Notes under the pieces: model-generated | Seen by the model: the letters and a program-made list of their open reading frames with translations, nothing else | What the model was told of the DNA's origin: nothing | The model's database searches: none | Shown here: piece by piece, positions 1-7,822 of the stretch | Position numbering within the stretch: position 1 is the stretch's first letter | Layout: each line of letters starts with the position of its first letter | Position numbers and translations under genes: made by a program | DNA from: Promethearchaeota archaeon | GTDB taxonomy: Archaea > Asgardarchaeota > Hermodarchaeia > Hermodarchaeales > Hermodarchaeaceae | NCBI GenBank assembly: GCA_048938385.1 | Contig: JBHLMG010000028.1 | Coordinates: 6,682-26,673, forward strand | Length of the DNA: 19,992 nt | Reading direction: 5' to 3'

Positions 1-1
1 G

Positions 2-64
2 GTTAGAGAATTCATAGATTCGGATAACGCGCAATACATAGCCATCATTGAAAAGATAGCCTAG
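2..64 (+). CDS. 3' end of a gene entering from the left (…VREFIDSDNAQYIAIIEKIA*), product unknown
   Basis: Open frame from position 2 to TAG at 62-64, followed by a T-rich tract. A second copy at 19873-19905 differs only at third codon positions, which supports that this frame is coding. Confidence 0.6.
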   Translation, partial: VREFIDSDNAQYIAIIEKIA

Positions 65-69
65 ACCAT

Positions 70-120
70 CATCTTCTTTTCAATCAGTTTTTCTTTTTAC
101 TTCCTCTTTTTGATAGTTTG
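70..120 (+). terminator. Oligo-T/pyrimidine tract, probable archaeal terminator between convergent genes
   Basis: tcttcttttc…tttttctttttacttcctcttttt directly after the stop at 64. Confidence 0.4.
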
Positions 121-165
121 TCTAAACGGAGTTAAAGGCGTTCCTGGCGATAAAGAGAAGAGGAG

Positions 166-852
166 CTAATGTATCCAACCGGATTCTTCGTAGATTTTCT
201 TTCCTGGTCCAGCAACAAGGTACTCTAGAAATTTCTTGGCGAGGGATTTCTTTTGGGAATTGCTTATGATAGCTATGCCTGTGCTTCGAAAGACCTGATA
301 TTCAGGAGGGAGTTCTATGACTTCAGAGGTTTTGGGCCAGGTAGTTCCAAAGGTGTTCCAGCCAAAGATGGCATCAACGGTTCTTTTATGAATGAGAGAC
401 ATAATATCACCGCAGCCATCGGCGCGATTAGTAATGTTGGGTAAAATAAGATCTGTGATTTTGGCTTTACTACAGATATCATCCCAAAGGCCCAACAGGC
501 AGCCACTTATTGAAATCCCAACTTTCATGTTTTTTCGTGTTAAATCGGCGAGTGAGTGAACGCCTTGGGGATTGTTGGGAGGAACGAGGATGACAGCTCG
601 TCTGTACCCGACACTTCTTCGACTTGTGTTGTCAATTATGCCCTTCCTTGCGGCTTCATCGAGGAGATATTCTGCTCCACACTGGAGGAGATCGCCGGTC
701 TTTGTCTCTGTGATTTTCATAAAGAGATCTTCAGCTTTACCCGTTATGAAACGGAATGTTACCCCGGTGTTTTCACTGAAGAGTTCAGATGTTTTTCTAA
801 GTGGGGGTGCTGTGGCGCCTGACGAGTAGACGAGTAGATTGTTCTCTGGCAT
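166..852 (-). CDS. ModA/WtpA-like molybdate/tungstate-type substrate-binding protein, no signal peptide
   Basis: 228 aa; LVYSSGATAPPL, GKAEDL, GDLLQCGAE, VPPNNPQGVHSLADL, VDAIFGW and AKKFLEYL…GKKIYEESGW match the ModA-like SBP pattern. An in-frame upstream stop at 886-888 with no intervening ATG/GTG/TTG excludes an N-terminal leader. Confidence 0.8.
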   Translation of the reverse strand: MPENNLLVYSSGATAPPLRKTSELFSENTGVTFRFITGKAEDLFMKITETKTGDLLQCGAEYLLDEAARKGIIDNTSRRSVGYRRAVILVPPNNPQGVHSLADLTRKNMKVGISISGCLLGLWDDICSKAKITDLILPNITNRADGCGDIMSLIHKRTVDAIFGWNTFGTTWPKTSEVIELPPEYQVFRSTGIAIISNSQKKSLAKKFLEYLVAGPGKKIYEESGWIH

Positions 853-982
853 ACGAAATCGAATAGGTTTACTCCATGGAGGTTTTTATCCTATGCTTTT
901 CGCTAGCGATCTGGCGTTTTCAGTTCTTCAATTGAAGTGATAGCGGAGTAGTTGAAAGGAGGCTTTGATGATGACGAGTTCT

Positions 983-2677
983 TTATGGTGTAACAACCTC
1001 GATTTTGAGTTTGGGCTTTCTGAAAACTTCAGCTTGTTCTTCGAGGATATTTCGTGCGATGTTTAAGGCTGCTTCATCGTCATAGACGCCTTGAGCGTTT
1101 TTCAGCGCATCTTGGAGCATCTGACGCTGCACTTTGAGCTTTAGATCCCCAATCGTTAATGCCCCAATCCCATAGGTGTCAGGAAGTAACTCACGAAGAT
1201 CATCCATTGGCGTTAGTGATTCAATACCACTTGGAGATACCGCATTCACATCTAGCAAGATTTTTGTCCCTAAAACAGATTGCAGCTGTTCGAGGGATAC
1301 TAATTGAACGCCAGGAGCCCCAACGGCGAAAATCAAAGTAGCGTCATTGATAAGCTCATGAATTGCCTTTGGTGAAGTTGATTGAGCCCCTTCCACCTTG
1401 TTACTTTCAATGGATGCGCGTTTTGCTACTTCTTGGGCGCGTTCAATTTTCCGCGAAGTTAAAACCGTAATGGCTCCACTCTTGGAGAGTAAGTGAGCTA
1501 GACTTTCGCCAACGGGTCCAGTTCCTGCAAGAATTAAAGCCGTGTTGCTTTTGAGCGTCCCTTGACGAAGTTGATGCAGAGCTGCTTCGGCTTTAGCAAG
1601 CATGGCTGCAGAAGTGGAAAAGGCTCCGTGTGGGTCAACAATGACGGATGTTTCGAAAGGTTTCACCATTGCCTTTTGAATTCTGTCCGCCATCTGGCGA
1701 GCAACAGAAACCTGACGGCCTCCAACAAAGAAGCAGAGATGCTTTACTCCTTTGGTCCCTCTTGAAAAGATGGCGTCTTGGACAAGGTCTTGAATTTGAT
1801 CAAGTGACACCCCAGTGTATGGGACTACGACATCAAATCCTGCGTCATACGCTACACAGATATCAAACGGGCTAGCGTGGTCATCCGCTTCTAGGAAAAA
1901 AAGGATGTTACTTAGTTTTGTTTTGGGGCGTTTGATTACGGGTATATAAGAAACTGAGGAGACTCCTGTGAGTTGGGTCATTCCTTTTAGTTCTTCCTTA
2001 GGTAATTCGGAAAGAATCTGTTTAAAGATTATAGGAACTACTTCTACTTCTAAGGACTGTAAGAGTTCCATTAAGCCTTGGTAATGTTGAGGGCTGCTTA
2101 GGTGAAAGGCTGTTATTCGTTTCTTTTTGAGAAGATCTGCTTTGTTTAAAATCCCCATGGCAATCCAGCTTTCCCGGATTCCAAATTGTACTTGTCTAAT
2201 TTCTTCTTCAAGTTCATCGTGCAAATATTGTCCATAGGCTACAAGTCGATCTATGTTATCTTGTACTTTTGGAGTTATTTTTTCACCCGACAGGACCTTT
2301 AAGCCTTCTAAGATTTCATTTCGCTTTTCCAATTTCAGCTTTATACTACGTGAGAGAAAACTGTGAGCAACCTCATCCATATCAACCGCGTATAGCGGGA
2401 TCTTTAATTTCGCAAATACGCTGGCTAATGGGTTGTCTTCATGGAATTCCTTCGTACTACGCAAACCTAACTCATCAGTCACAAATTCGGGCTGTTCTGA
2501 TTCTGCAATCTCTTTTACCATTTCACAATACGCCATGGAAGGTCGTTTAATTGCGGTCATCTTCGATGCAGATGCAGAAGAGAGAGCAGGGATTCGCCAA
2601 GGTTCATCATAGGCCTTTCTAATTAAAAAAACTCGCAGCTTTTTTCCTTTCAAAGGAGCAAGTTCTAGTGTTTTCAA
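983..2677 (-). CDS. mtdB: NAD(P)-dependent methylene-H4MPT dehydrogenase (MtdB/MtdA family) with a ~250-aa N-terminal extra domain
   Basis: C-terminal half has HASPFDICVAYDAGFD, QDAIFSRG, FFVGG, DPHGAFSTSAA, Rossmann LAGTGPVG, DVNAVSPSGI and GIGALTIGDLK. Start placed at TTG 2677, which has AGGTGA 4 nt upstream (564 aa); the longest ORF begins at 2791. Confidence 0.85.
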   Translation of the reverse strand: MKTLELAPLKGKKLRVFLIRKAYDEPWRIPALSSASASKMTAIKRPSMAYCEMVKEIAESEQPEFVTDELGLRSTKEFHEDNPLASVFAKLKIPLYAVDMDEVAHSFLSRSIKLKLEKRNEILEGLKVLSGEKITPKVQDNIDRLVAYGQYLHDELEEEIRQVQFGIRESWIAMGILNKADLLKKKRITAFHLSSPQHYQGLMELLQSLEVEVVPIIFKQILSELPKEELKGMTQLTGVSSVSYIPVIKRPKTKLSNILFFLEADDHASPFDICVAYDAGFDVVVPYTGVSLDQIQDLVQDAIFSRGTKGVKHLCFFVGGRQVSVARQMADRIQKAMVKPFETSVIVDPHGAFSTSAAMLAKAEAALHQLRQGTLKSNTALILAGTGPVGESLAHLLSKSGAITVLTSRKIERAQEVAKRASIESNKVEGAQSTSPKAIHELINDATLIFAVGAPGVQLVSLEQLQSVLGTKILLDVNAVSPSGIESLTPMDDLRELLPDTYGIGALTIGDLKLKVQRQMLQDALKNAQGVYDDEAALNIARNILEEQAEVFRKPKLKIEVVTP

Positions 2678-2854
2678 ATAATCACCTGCCCTTTGGGGGC
2701 AGTAAAGACTCCTCGCCATTGAAGAAAAAGTCGATGAAAATTTATTTTGAAAGAAATCATGACAAAAATTGTCGTCAACTTTTTTGCTCATTACAAACAG
2801 GCTAAGCTAGCGCAATTTTTGTTGATATGGCTTCGATATAATAGATATTCCAGC

Positions 2855-4189
2855 CTAACCTTTCGATTCACGAAATCTAATATCTGTATGAGTAGCACAA
2901 GAAACACAGGGATCAAAACATCGAATGGCCATCATTGCTCGTTCGAGGATTTTTTCATTCGACCAACCAAGATCTAAACAAGCCGTCATGACATTTTTTA
3001 CAACTAAAGCTATCGCACGGGCATTAAGCTCGGTTGGTACTCGAATATCAAGACTCTCAATTCTTTCTTTATCGTCTATTTTCACTTGGTATAGGAGTAT
3101 TCCTCGTGGAGCTTCAACCGCGCTCGCTCCTACAGTGGGTCGTGGTTCCGAAGCGATTGAGACTTCTTCATGTACCGACCATTCTGTTTCTAAAAGCCTG
3201 ATCGCATTGGTTATCGCAAATTCAATTTCATCGATTCGGAGAAGGCCTGAACGAAAAAGGTTGGGTGTTCCTATTTGTGATGCTTTGCTCTTTTTGGGTT
3301 TAGTTTTGAGATCTGCTAATCGGGCATAGGGTCCTGCGAGGAGGTTTTTTGACTCATCGCTTGATTTGACATAAACTATCTTGGTTGGAGCTTCAAACAA
3401 GTCCTGTTCGACTAGATGCTCAGAGAAATCGTGACAGGGAATTATTTGGGGGGCTCCATCCTCTGAAATGAATTTGACTTGATTAACACCAGAGAATCGA
3501 TTTGCTTCTGTTTCAAAACAGCTGATATAAAGAGGAAGAGGGAGAGCATAGTTTTGGATTTCACCTTCGATTTCATTCAGTAACCAGCTGTAGTACTCTT
3601 TGGTCCATTTTACCCCGGAGAGCGTTGCATGGAGTTGTCGAATAAGGTCTTCTTGTTGGGTGATAGTGATATTTTGTACGATTCCGCCTGGAATCAGGTT
3701 AAAAGCCAAATTTGTATTACCCGCTGTAGCTGTAATTAGCGCCTCTGCGCAATTGTATAATTTCGTAGCAATTGGGAGAACACGGGGTTGCGTGCGATCT
3801 ATACCAATGATATCTTGACGAGAGATTTGGTTAGTTAGGTGCATTAGATCAACTAAGGTGGAGAAAAAAACGCTGTAGGTATGCGATCGGATGATTTCCC
3901 CTAACAGGGCCAGTTCTCGGATTAACTCTGCAATTGGAGGAATTGATACATCAGATGTTGATTCTATTGCCTTTATTGCTCCGATTCTATGTGAAACTGG
4001 GCAAATCCCACAGATTCGAGGTACAATTTTTGGTAAGTCCTTTACTTTTTGTCCAGTTAAGACCCCCGTGAAGTCCCGTGCAGTGGACATGTTATAAATT
4101 ACATTTACAATACGGTCCTTCTTCCGTGTAACGATAAGCTCACTTTCGCCTTCAATGCGGGTCATGGGCAAAGATAATCGAATTTTCAA
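2855..4189 (-). CDS. mvhA: Group-3 (MvhA-like) [NiFe]-hydrogenase large subunit, divergent
   Basis: L1 RICGICPVSH, L2 FDPCVSCATH plus a 10-aa C-terminal extension, TRIEG and EAPRG. The TTG start overlaps the upstream TGA (TTGA, 4186-4189). Confidence 0.88.
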   Translation of the reverse strand: MKIRLSLPMTRIEGESELIVTRKKDRIVNVIYNMSTARDFTGVLTGQKVKDLPKIVPRICGICPVSHRIGAIKAIESTSDVSIPPIAELIRELALLGEIIRSHTYSVFFSTLVDLMHLTNQISRQDIIGIDRTQPRVLPIATKLYNCAEALITATAGNTNLAFNLIPGGIVQNITITQQEDLIRQLHATLSGVKWTKEYYSWLLNEIEGEIQNYALPLPLYISCFETEANRFSGVNQVKFISEDGAPQIIPCHDFSEHLVEQDLFEAPTKIVYVKSSDESKNLLAGPYARLADLKTKPKKSKASQIGTPNLFRSGLLRIDEIEFAITNAIRLLETEWSVHEEVSIASEPRPTVGASAVEAPRGILLYQVKIDDKERIESLDIRVPTELNARAIALVVKNVMTACLDLGWSNEKILERAMMAIRCFDPCVSCATHTDIRFRESKG

Positions 4190-4920
4190 TGTTTGACCTT
4201 CAGCTCCGGTTTTTGATATCTAAAGGCAAGTGCGGCATATTCCCGAATCGTATCGCTGACTTTTAATACGGAGAAGAGATTGGCGATGGCAGAGGGGAGA
4301 TTTCGGTCAATCGCGCCCATGCAACCATCACAAGGCGTGCCTCCATTAATACAATGGGCCTCACATCCAGCACGGGTTACCGGACCTAGACAAAGGACGC
4401 CTTCGCGTAAGAAACAGCTTGTTGGTGGATGCGTCGCATGTAATGATGTTATCTCGATGTCATATGTTTGATCTTGTGCAAAGGGGCATTCTCCACACAC
4501 ATTTTTCTCAGGTATTTCGATTTCAGAACCGTCAATTGCGCTCATCAGGAGATTTCCAATAAGCCTCCGTGGCGGGGGACAGCCAGGTAATGACGAATGC
4601 GGATCAACGAACTTATTGACAGGCTCAACCTGGATGTTGGGCGAGTGACTCATTATTCCCCCCAGAACGGCGCAACTTCCAAGAGCGATAATTTTGGTTC
4701 CTTCTGACCATAGTTTCCGAAGAAGTTCAGCATCCTCATTCCGAGTAACTCCACCTTCCACGAATACCACATCTAAATCTTTATCATCTTGGATATCGAA
4801 AATTAATCGAAAAATCTGAATATCTACAGATTTAAGGAGTTCAGGGAACAGGGCACAACCGAGTATAGCAAACATGCAGCCGCTACAAGAGTTCAGCTGA
4901 AGGAAACCCATCTTGGGCAT
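4186..4920 (-). CDS. mvhG: [NiFe]-hydrogenase small subunit (MvhG/HydD-like)
   Basis: SCSGC, VEGGV, ALGSCAVLGG, LPGCPP, VCGECP, CFLREGVLCLGPVTRAGC…C…PCDGCMG. ATG overlaps the upstream TAA by 1 nt at 4920. Confidence 0.9.
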   Translation of the reverse strand: MPKMGFLQLNSCSGCMFAILGCALFPELLKSVDIQIFRLIFDIQDDKDLDVVFVEGGVTRNEDAELLRKLWSEGTKIIALGSCAVLGGIMSHSPNIQVEPVNKFVDPHSSLPGCPPPRRLIGNLLMSAIDGSEIEIPEKNVCGECPFAQDQTYDIEITSLHATHPPTSCFLREGVLCLGPVTRAGCEAHCINGGTPCDGCMGAIDRNLPSAIANLFSVLKVSDTIREYAALAFRYQKPELKVKH

Positions 4921-7448
4921 TAACTTAACAGCTCCTTTAATTCGGTGGCAAATTGATTGACCTGGGAAGCAAAAATGTGGCCCTCAACTGCTGATACATT
5001 CAGTACGCGAACGCGTTTTTGTAATTCTTCTCCATAGAACTGTGAAAGAACGCTAATTCGTTGACTCGCCTTCTGGATACCAAAAAGATAACGGCATGCA
5101 GTTTCATGACAGCCAACAATCATGACGCCGTCAAATCCATAGTTTAGAGCATCTATCACAAAATTTGCATCGATAGAACCCGTACAAGGCAATCTAATTA
5201 TCATTGCACTAGTCTCATAGTCCAATCGACGAATACCAGCATTATCTGCTGCGGGGTACCCGCAAGAGTCGCAGGTAAGAATAAGTATTCGTGGTATGAT
5301 TGCACCCATAGACAAGGCAATCATCGCGGCTTGGATTTCCTCCTGAATTGGAGGTGAAGACAGGGCTCCTGTGGGACAGATTGCGACACAATCTCCACAG
5401 CCTTCACATTTTAGAGTATCAATACGGAGCGTATCTGCTGTGATAGAGATGGCTTTGAAAGGACAAACCTCTAAACAAAGATTACACAGCCCACATTTTT
5501 CTTGATTTATTTGAATAGGTATATCTCCTGCTGGAAGGTTATCCTTTTCTAATAATAGGAGAACTTCTAAAGCGACATTTCGCGAGTCTGTTACTAGTTC
5601 GGAATAAGATTTAGGACCCGTTAGTGAGCCACAGGCCCAAATACCTGAGGATAGGCTTTGGGGATCAAGAAAACCGCGTCTATCCAAGGAAAAATTTGTC
5701 ATTGTACGAAGGGCTAATTGTTGATCTCCCGGGGCCATACCCATGTTTAGAACAATGAGATCCGCTGGAAAGCGATTCGCTCCCGTTTCAATAAACCGCT
5801 TTCGTCCCCGATGTATAACTTTTATCTCTTCACAAAAGTGAATATGGGGATCTTCCGGGATGAAGATGTTTCGATCTGGCGGAATTCGAGATTTCTCGTA
5901 AATAATATTGATAGAAGTATTTGGAGCTTTATGCTTAACAACATCTATGAATTTTAGCGCGACATTACAGCAATAGTGTGAACACGCATTGATAGAATTT
6001 TGGCATTGGAGGATAACTATAGATTTAGCGAGTTTGCCATTTATTTGTCGGAGTATGCTGCCTCCTGTTGGTCCATCAGGAGCAAGCATTCGTTCAAATT
6101 CAGATGAGGTGATAATGTCCATTGATGGGTTATATTGAATTGGATCTCGGTGTTGAATGGTCTTGGGATCACAAACTTCTGCCCCCGTCGCTAGAACTAT
6201 AGCTCCAACCGAGAACTTCTTAGTTTCAGGTCGTTGATCAAGGTCAATGGCATGAGACGGACAAGCCTTTTCACATTTCCTGCAATTTCGACAATAATCT
6301 ATGTTCTCTTCATCAATAACTGGTTTGTTGGGATATGCAGCAGGACATGGTATATGGATAAGTTTACGCTGCGAAAAGTTAAACTCAAATTCATCTGGAC
6401 GAGACTCCGGACAGATAGTAGTACAGGACCCACACATGATACACTTTGTTAAATCGACATATCTAGGTTGTTGGGTAGCGGTAATTTCGTAATTACCTAT
6501 CGTACCTGAAATATCAGTGAGTTCAGTGTTAGTAAGAATTCGTATCTTGCCGGAAAGGATGACAGATGATACATCCTCAGCGATCATGCAAGGGCCACAA
6601 TCTATGGCGCCGTAGATTCGCTCCCATCGACGGGCGATTCCACCTAGGCAAGACTGTCTTTCTAGCAGAACAATCGAGTGATTAGATTGTGCTAGAACCT
6701 TTGCAGCTTCCAATCCAGCTAGTCCACCACCAATGATGGCGACACTTTTCCGAATTGGTAGGGTTCGTTTTGGGATTGACACCCGATGTCGGAGCATTGC
6801 CACGCTTGCCCTGATTAGTAGTAGAGCTTTTTCCGTAGCTTGTTCGGGCTTATTTTTATGAACCCAGGCACACTGTTCGCGGATATTTGTAAATTCGACT
6901 GGTAATTCTAATTGCATTCGAATTGTAGTAAACATTTGGCTATGAAGACGAGGCGAGCAGGCAGCAATTACCAGATTGTTCAAAAAGTGCCGCTCACACC
7001 ATTCTTTGAGCTTCGCAACATTTTCTAATAAACATAAATGCTGAAACACCATCGTGCGTTCAACAAAAGGGAGGGCGTTGACTTTCTCAACAAGTTCACC
7101 GACATTAATGGTCTGACGGATTTCTTCGCCACAAGTGCAGATAATTACTCCAATACGGAAGATTGCTCCACGTGAATCAGCTTCGCTTATATCAATTGAT
7201 TCTCCCGCCATTAGTTGGTCCTTCGCAATCATCAAGCGGATTGCACTTCCACCCGCAGCTGAAAGTTGATAAAGTCCATTTCGTTTCTCAATAAATCCTT
7301 CAAGTTTTTTAAGATGATAATTAAACAGACCAGTTTTTTTAAGCCCTAATCGTTTCATCAAATCATTATAGGTGATTAGCCGTTCGGCATCTAATATCCG
7401 AAGAATCTTTTCGCGGAGAGGGTGAGCCAATGCCGCATAGATATTCAT
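4920..7448 (-). CDS. hdrA: Fusion: N-terminal winged-HTH (ArsR-like) + heterodisulfide reductase subunit A-like FAD/Fe-S protein + C-terminal MvhD-like [2Fe-2S] domain
   Basis: aa 1-~75 ALAHPLREKILRIL…TYNDLMKRLG…GLFNYHLKKL (wHTH). HdrA motifs IGVIICTCG, AACSPRLH, NIREQCAWVH, IIGGGLAG, DCGPC, four ferredoxin-type CxxCxxCxxxCP motifs, EFERML and CSHYCC. MvhD motifs TCDSCGYPAAD, RLPCTGSID and DGVMIVGCHETACRY. Confidence 0.92.
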   Translation of the reverse strand: MNIYAALAHPLREKILRILDAERLITYNDLMKRLGLKKTGLFNYHLKKLEGFIEKRNGLYQLSAAGGSAIRLMIAKDQLMAGESIDISEADSRGAIFRIGVIICTCGEEIRQTINVGELVEKVNALPFVERTMVFQHLCLLENVAKLKEWCERHFLNNLVIAACSPRLHSQMFTTIRMQLELPVEFTNIREQCAWVHKNKPEQATEKALLLIRASVAMLRHRVSIPKRTLPIRKSVAIIGGGLAGLEAAKVLAQSNHSIVLLERQSCLGGIARRWERIYGAIDCGPCMIAEDVSSVILSGKIRILTNTELTDISGTIGNYEITATQQPRYVDLTKCIMCGSCTTICPESRPDEFEFNFSQRKLIHIPCPAAYPNKPVIDEENIDYCRNCRKCEKACPSHAIDLDQRPETKKFSVGAIVLATGAEVCDPKTIQHRDPIQYNPSMDIITSSEFERMLAPDGPTGGSILRQINGKLAKSIVILQCQNSINACSHYCCNVALKFIDVVKHKAPNTSINIIYEKSRIPPDRNIFIPEDPHIHFCEEIKVIHRGRKRFIETGANRFPADLIVLNMGMAPGDQQLALRTMTNFSLDRRGFLDPQSLSSGIWACGSLTGPKSYSELVTDSRNVALEVLLLLEKDNLPAGDIPIQINQEKCGLCNLCLEVCPFKAISITADTLRIDTLKCEGCGDCVAICPTGALSSPPIQEEIQAAMIALSMGAIIPRILILTCDSCGYPAADNAGIRRLDYETSAMIIRLPCTGSIDANFVIDALNYGFDGVMIVGCHETACRYLFGIQKASQRISVLSQFYGEELQKRVRVLNVSAVEGHIFASQVNQFATELKELLS

Positions 7449-7579
7449 ACTGTGATCCTTCTTGATTTTCTGCGGAAAAACATCTATGATAACTTCAATT
7501 GTCTTGGAAAGGAGCTAAGACAAAAATGCTTGCCCTGTTTCAAAAAGGAATGAAAAAGGGCTTTGACAAGTTCCTATAA

Positions 7580-7822
7580 TTAGTGAGTCAGCAACTCTTT
7601 CGTACGCTCAGAAGTAAGGGGCGGAGCGCGATAGCGAGTCTGGCGACAGCTACGACAGACATAACGAGCAATAACATTAAGAACCCCGCACCATTGACAT
7701 TTCCAAAAATCCACTGTTACCAGTGTTATGTCGCTTTTGCGTCTTATATAACGACAATGCTGGCATAGGCGTAGATGTATAAAATTAGATACTCCACATA
7801 TAGGGCAAGTCCAATATTTCAA
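7580..7822 (-). CDS. Small protein with two tandem RanBP2/NZF-type zinc fingers
   Basis: WTCPICGVSNFIHLRLCQHC and WKCQWCGVLNVIARYVCRSC both fit W-x-C-x2-C-x3-N-x6-C-x2-C. TTG start with GGGGTGA 6 nt upstream. Confidence 0.8.
   Translation of the reverse strand: MKYWTCPICGVSNFIHLRLCQHCRYIRRKSDITLVTVDFWKCQWCGVLNVIARYVCRSCRQTRYRAPPLTSERTKELLTH

Noticed and set aside
821-838. Tandem GACGAGTA repeat
   Set aside because: Two copies inside coding sequence; consistent with chance.
2678-2791. Longer ATG start (2791) for the Mtd fusion
   Set aside because: The extra 38 codons are low-complexity and AT-rich with no RBS, whereas TTG 2677 has AGGTGA at the usual spacing.
2855-7448. Selenocysteine forms of HdrA, MvhD or MvhA
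   Set aside because: Positions that are Sec in some archaea are Cys here (DCGPC, CDSC, DPCVSC); no in-frame TGA.
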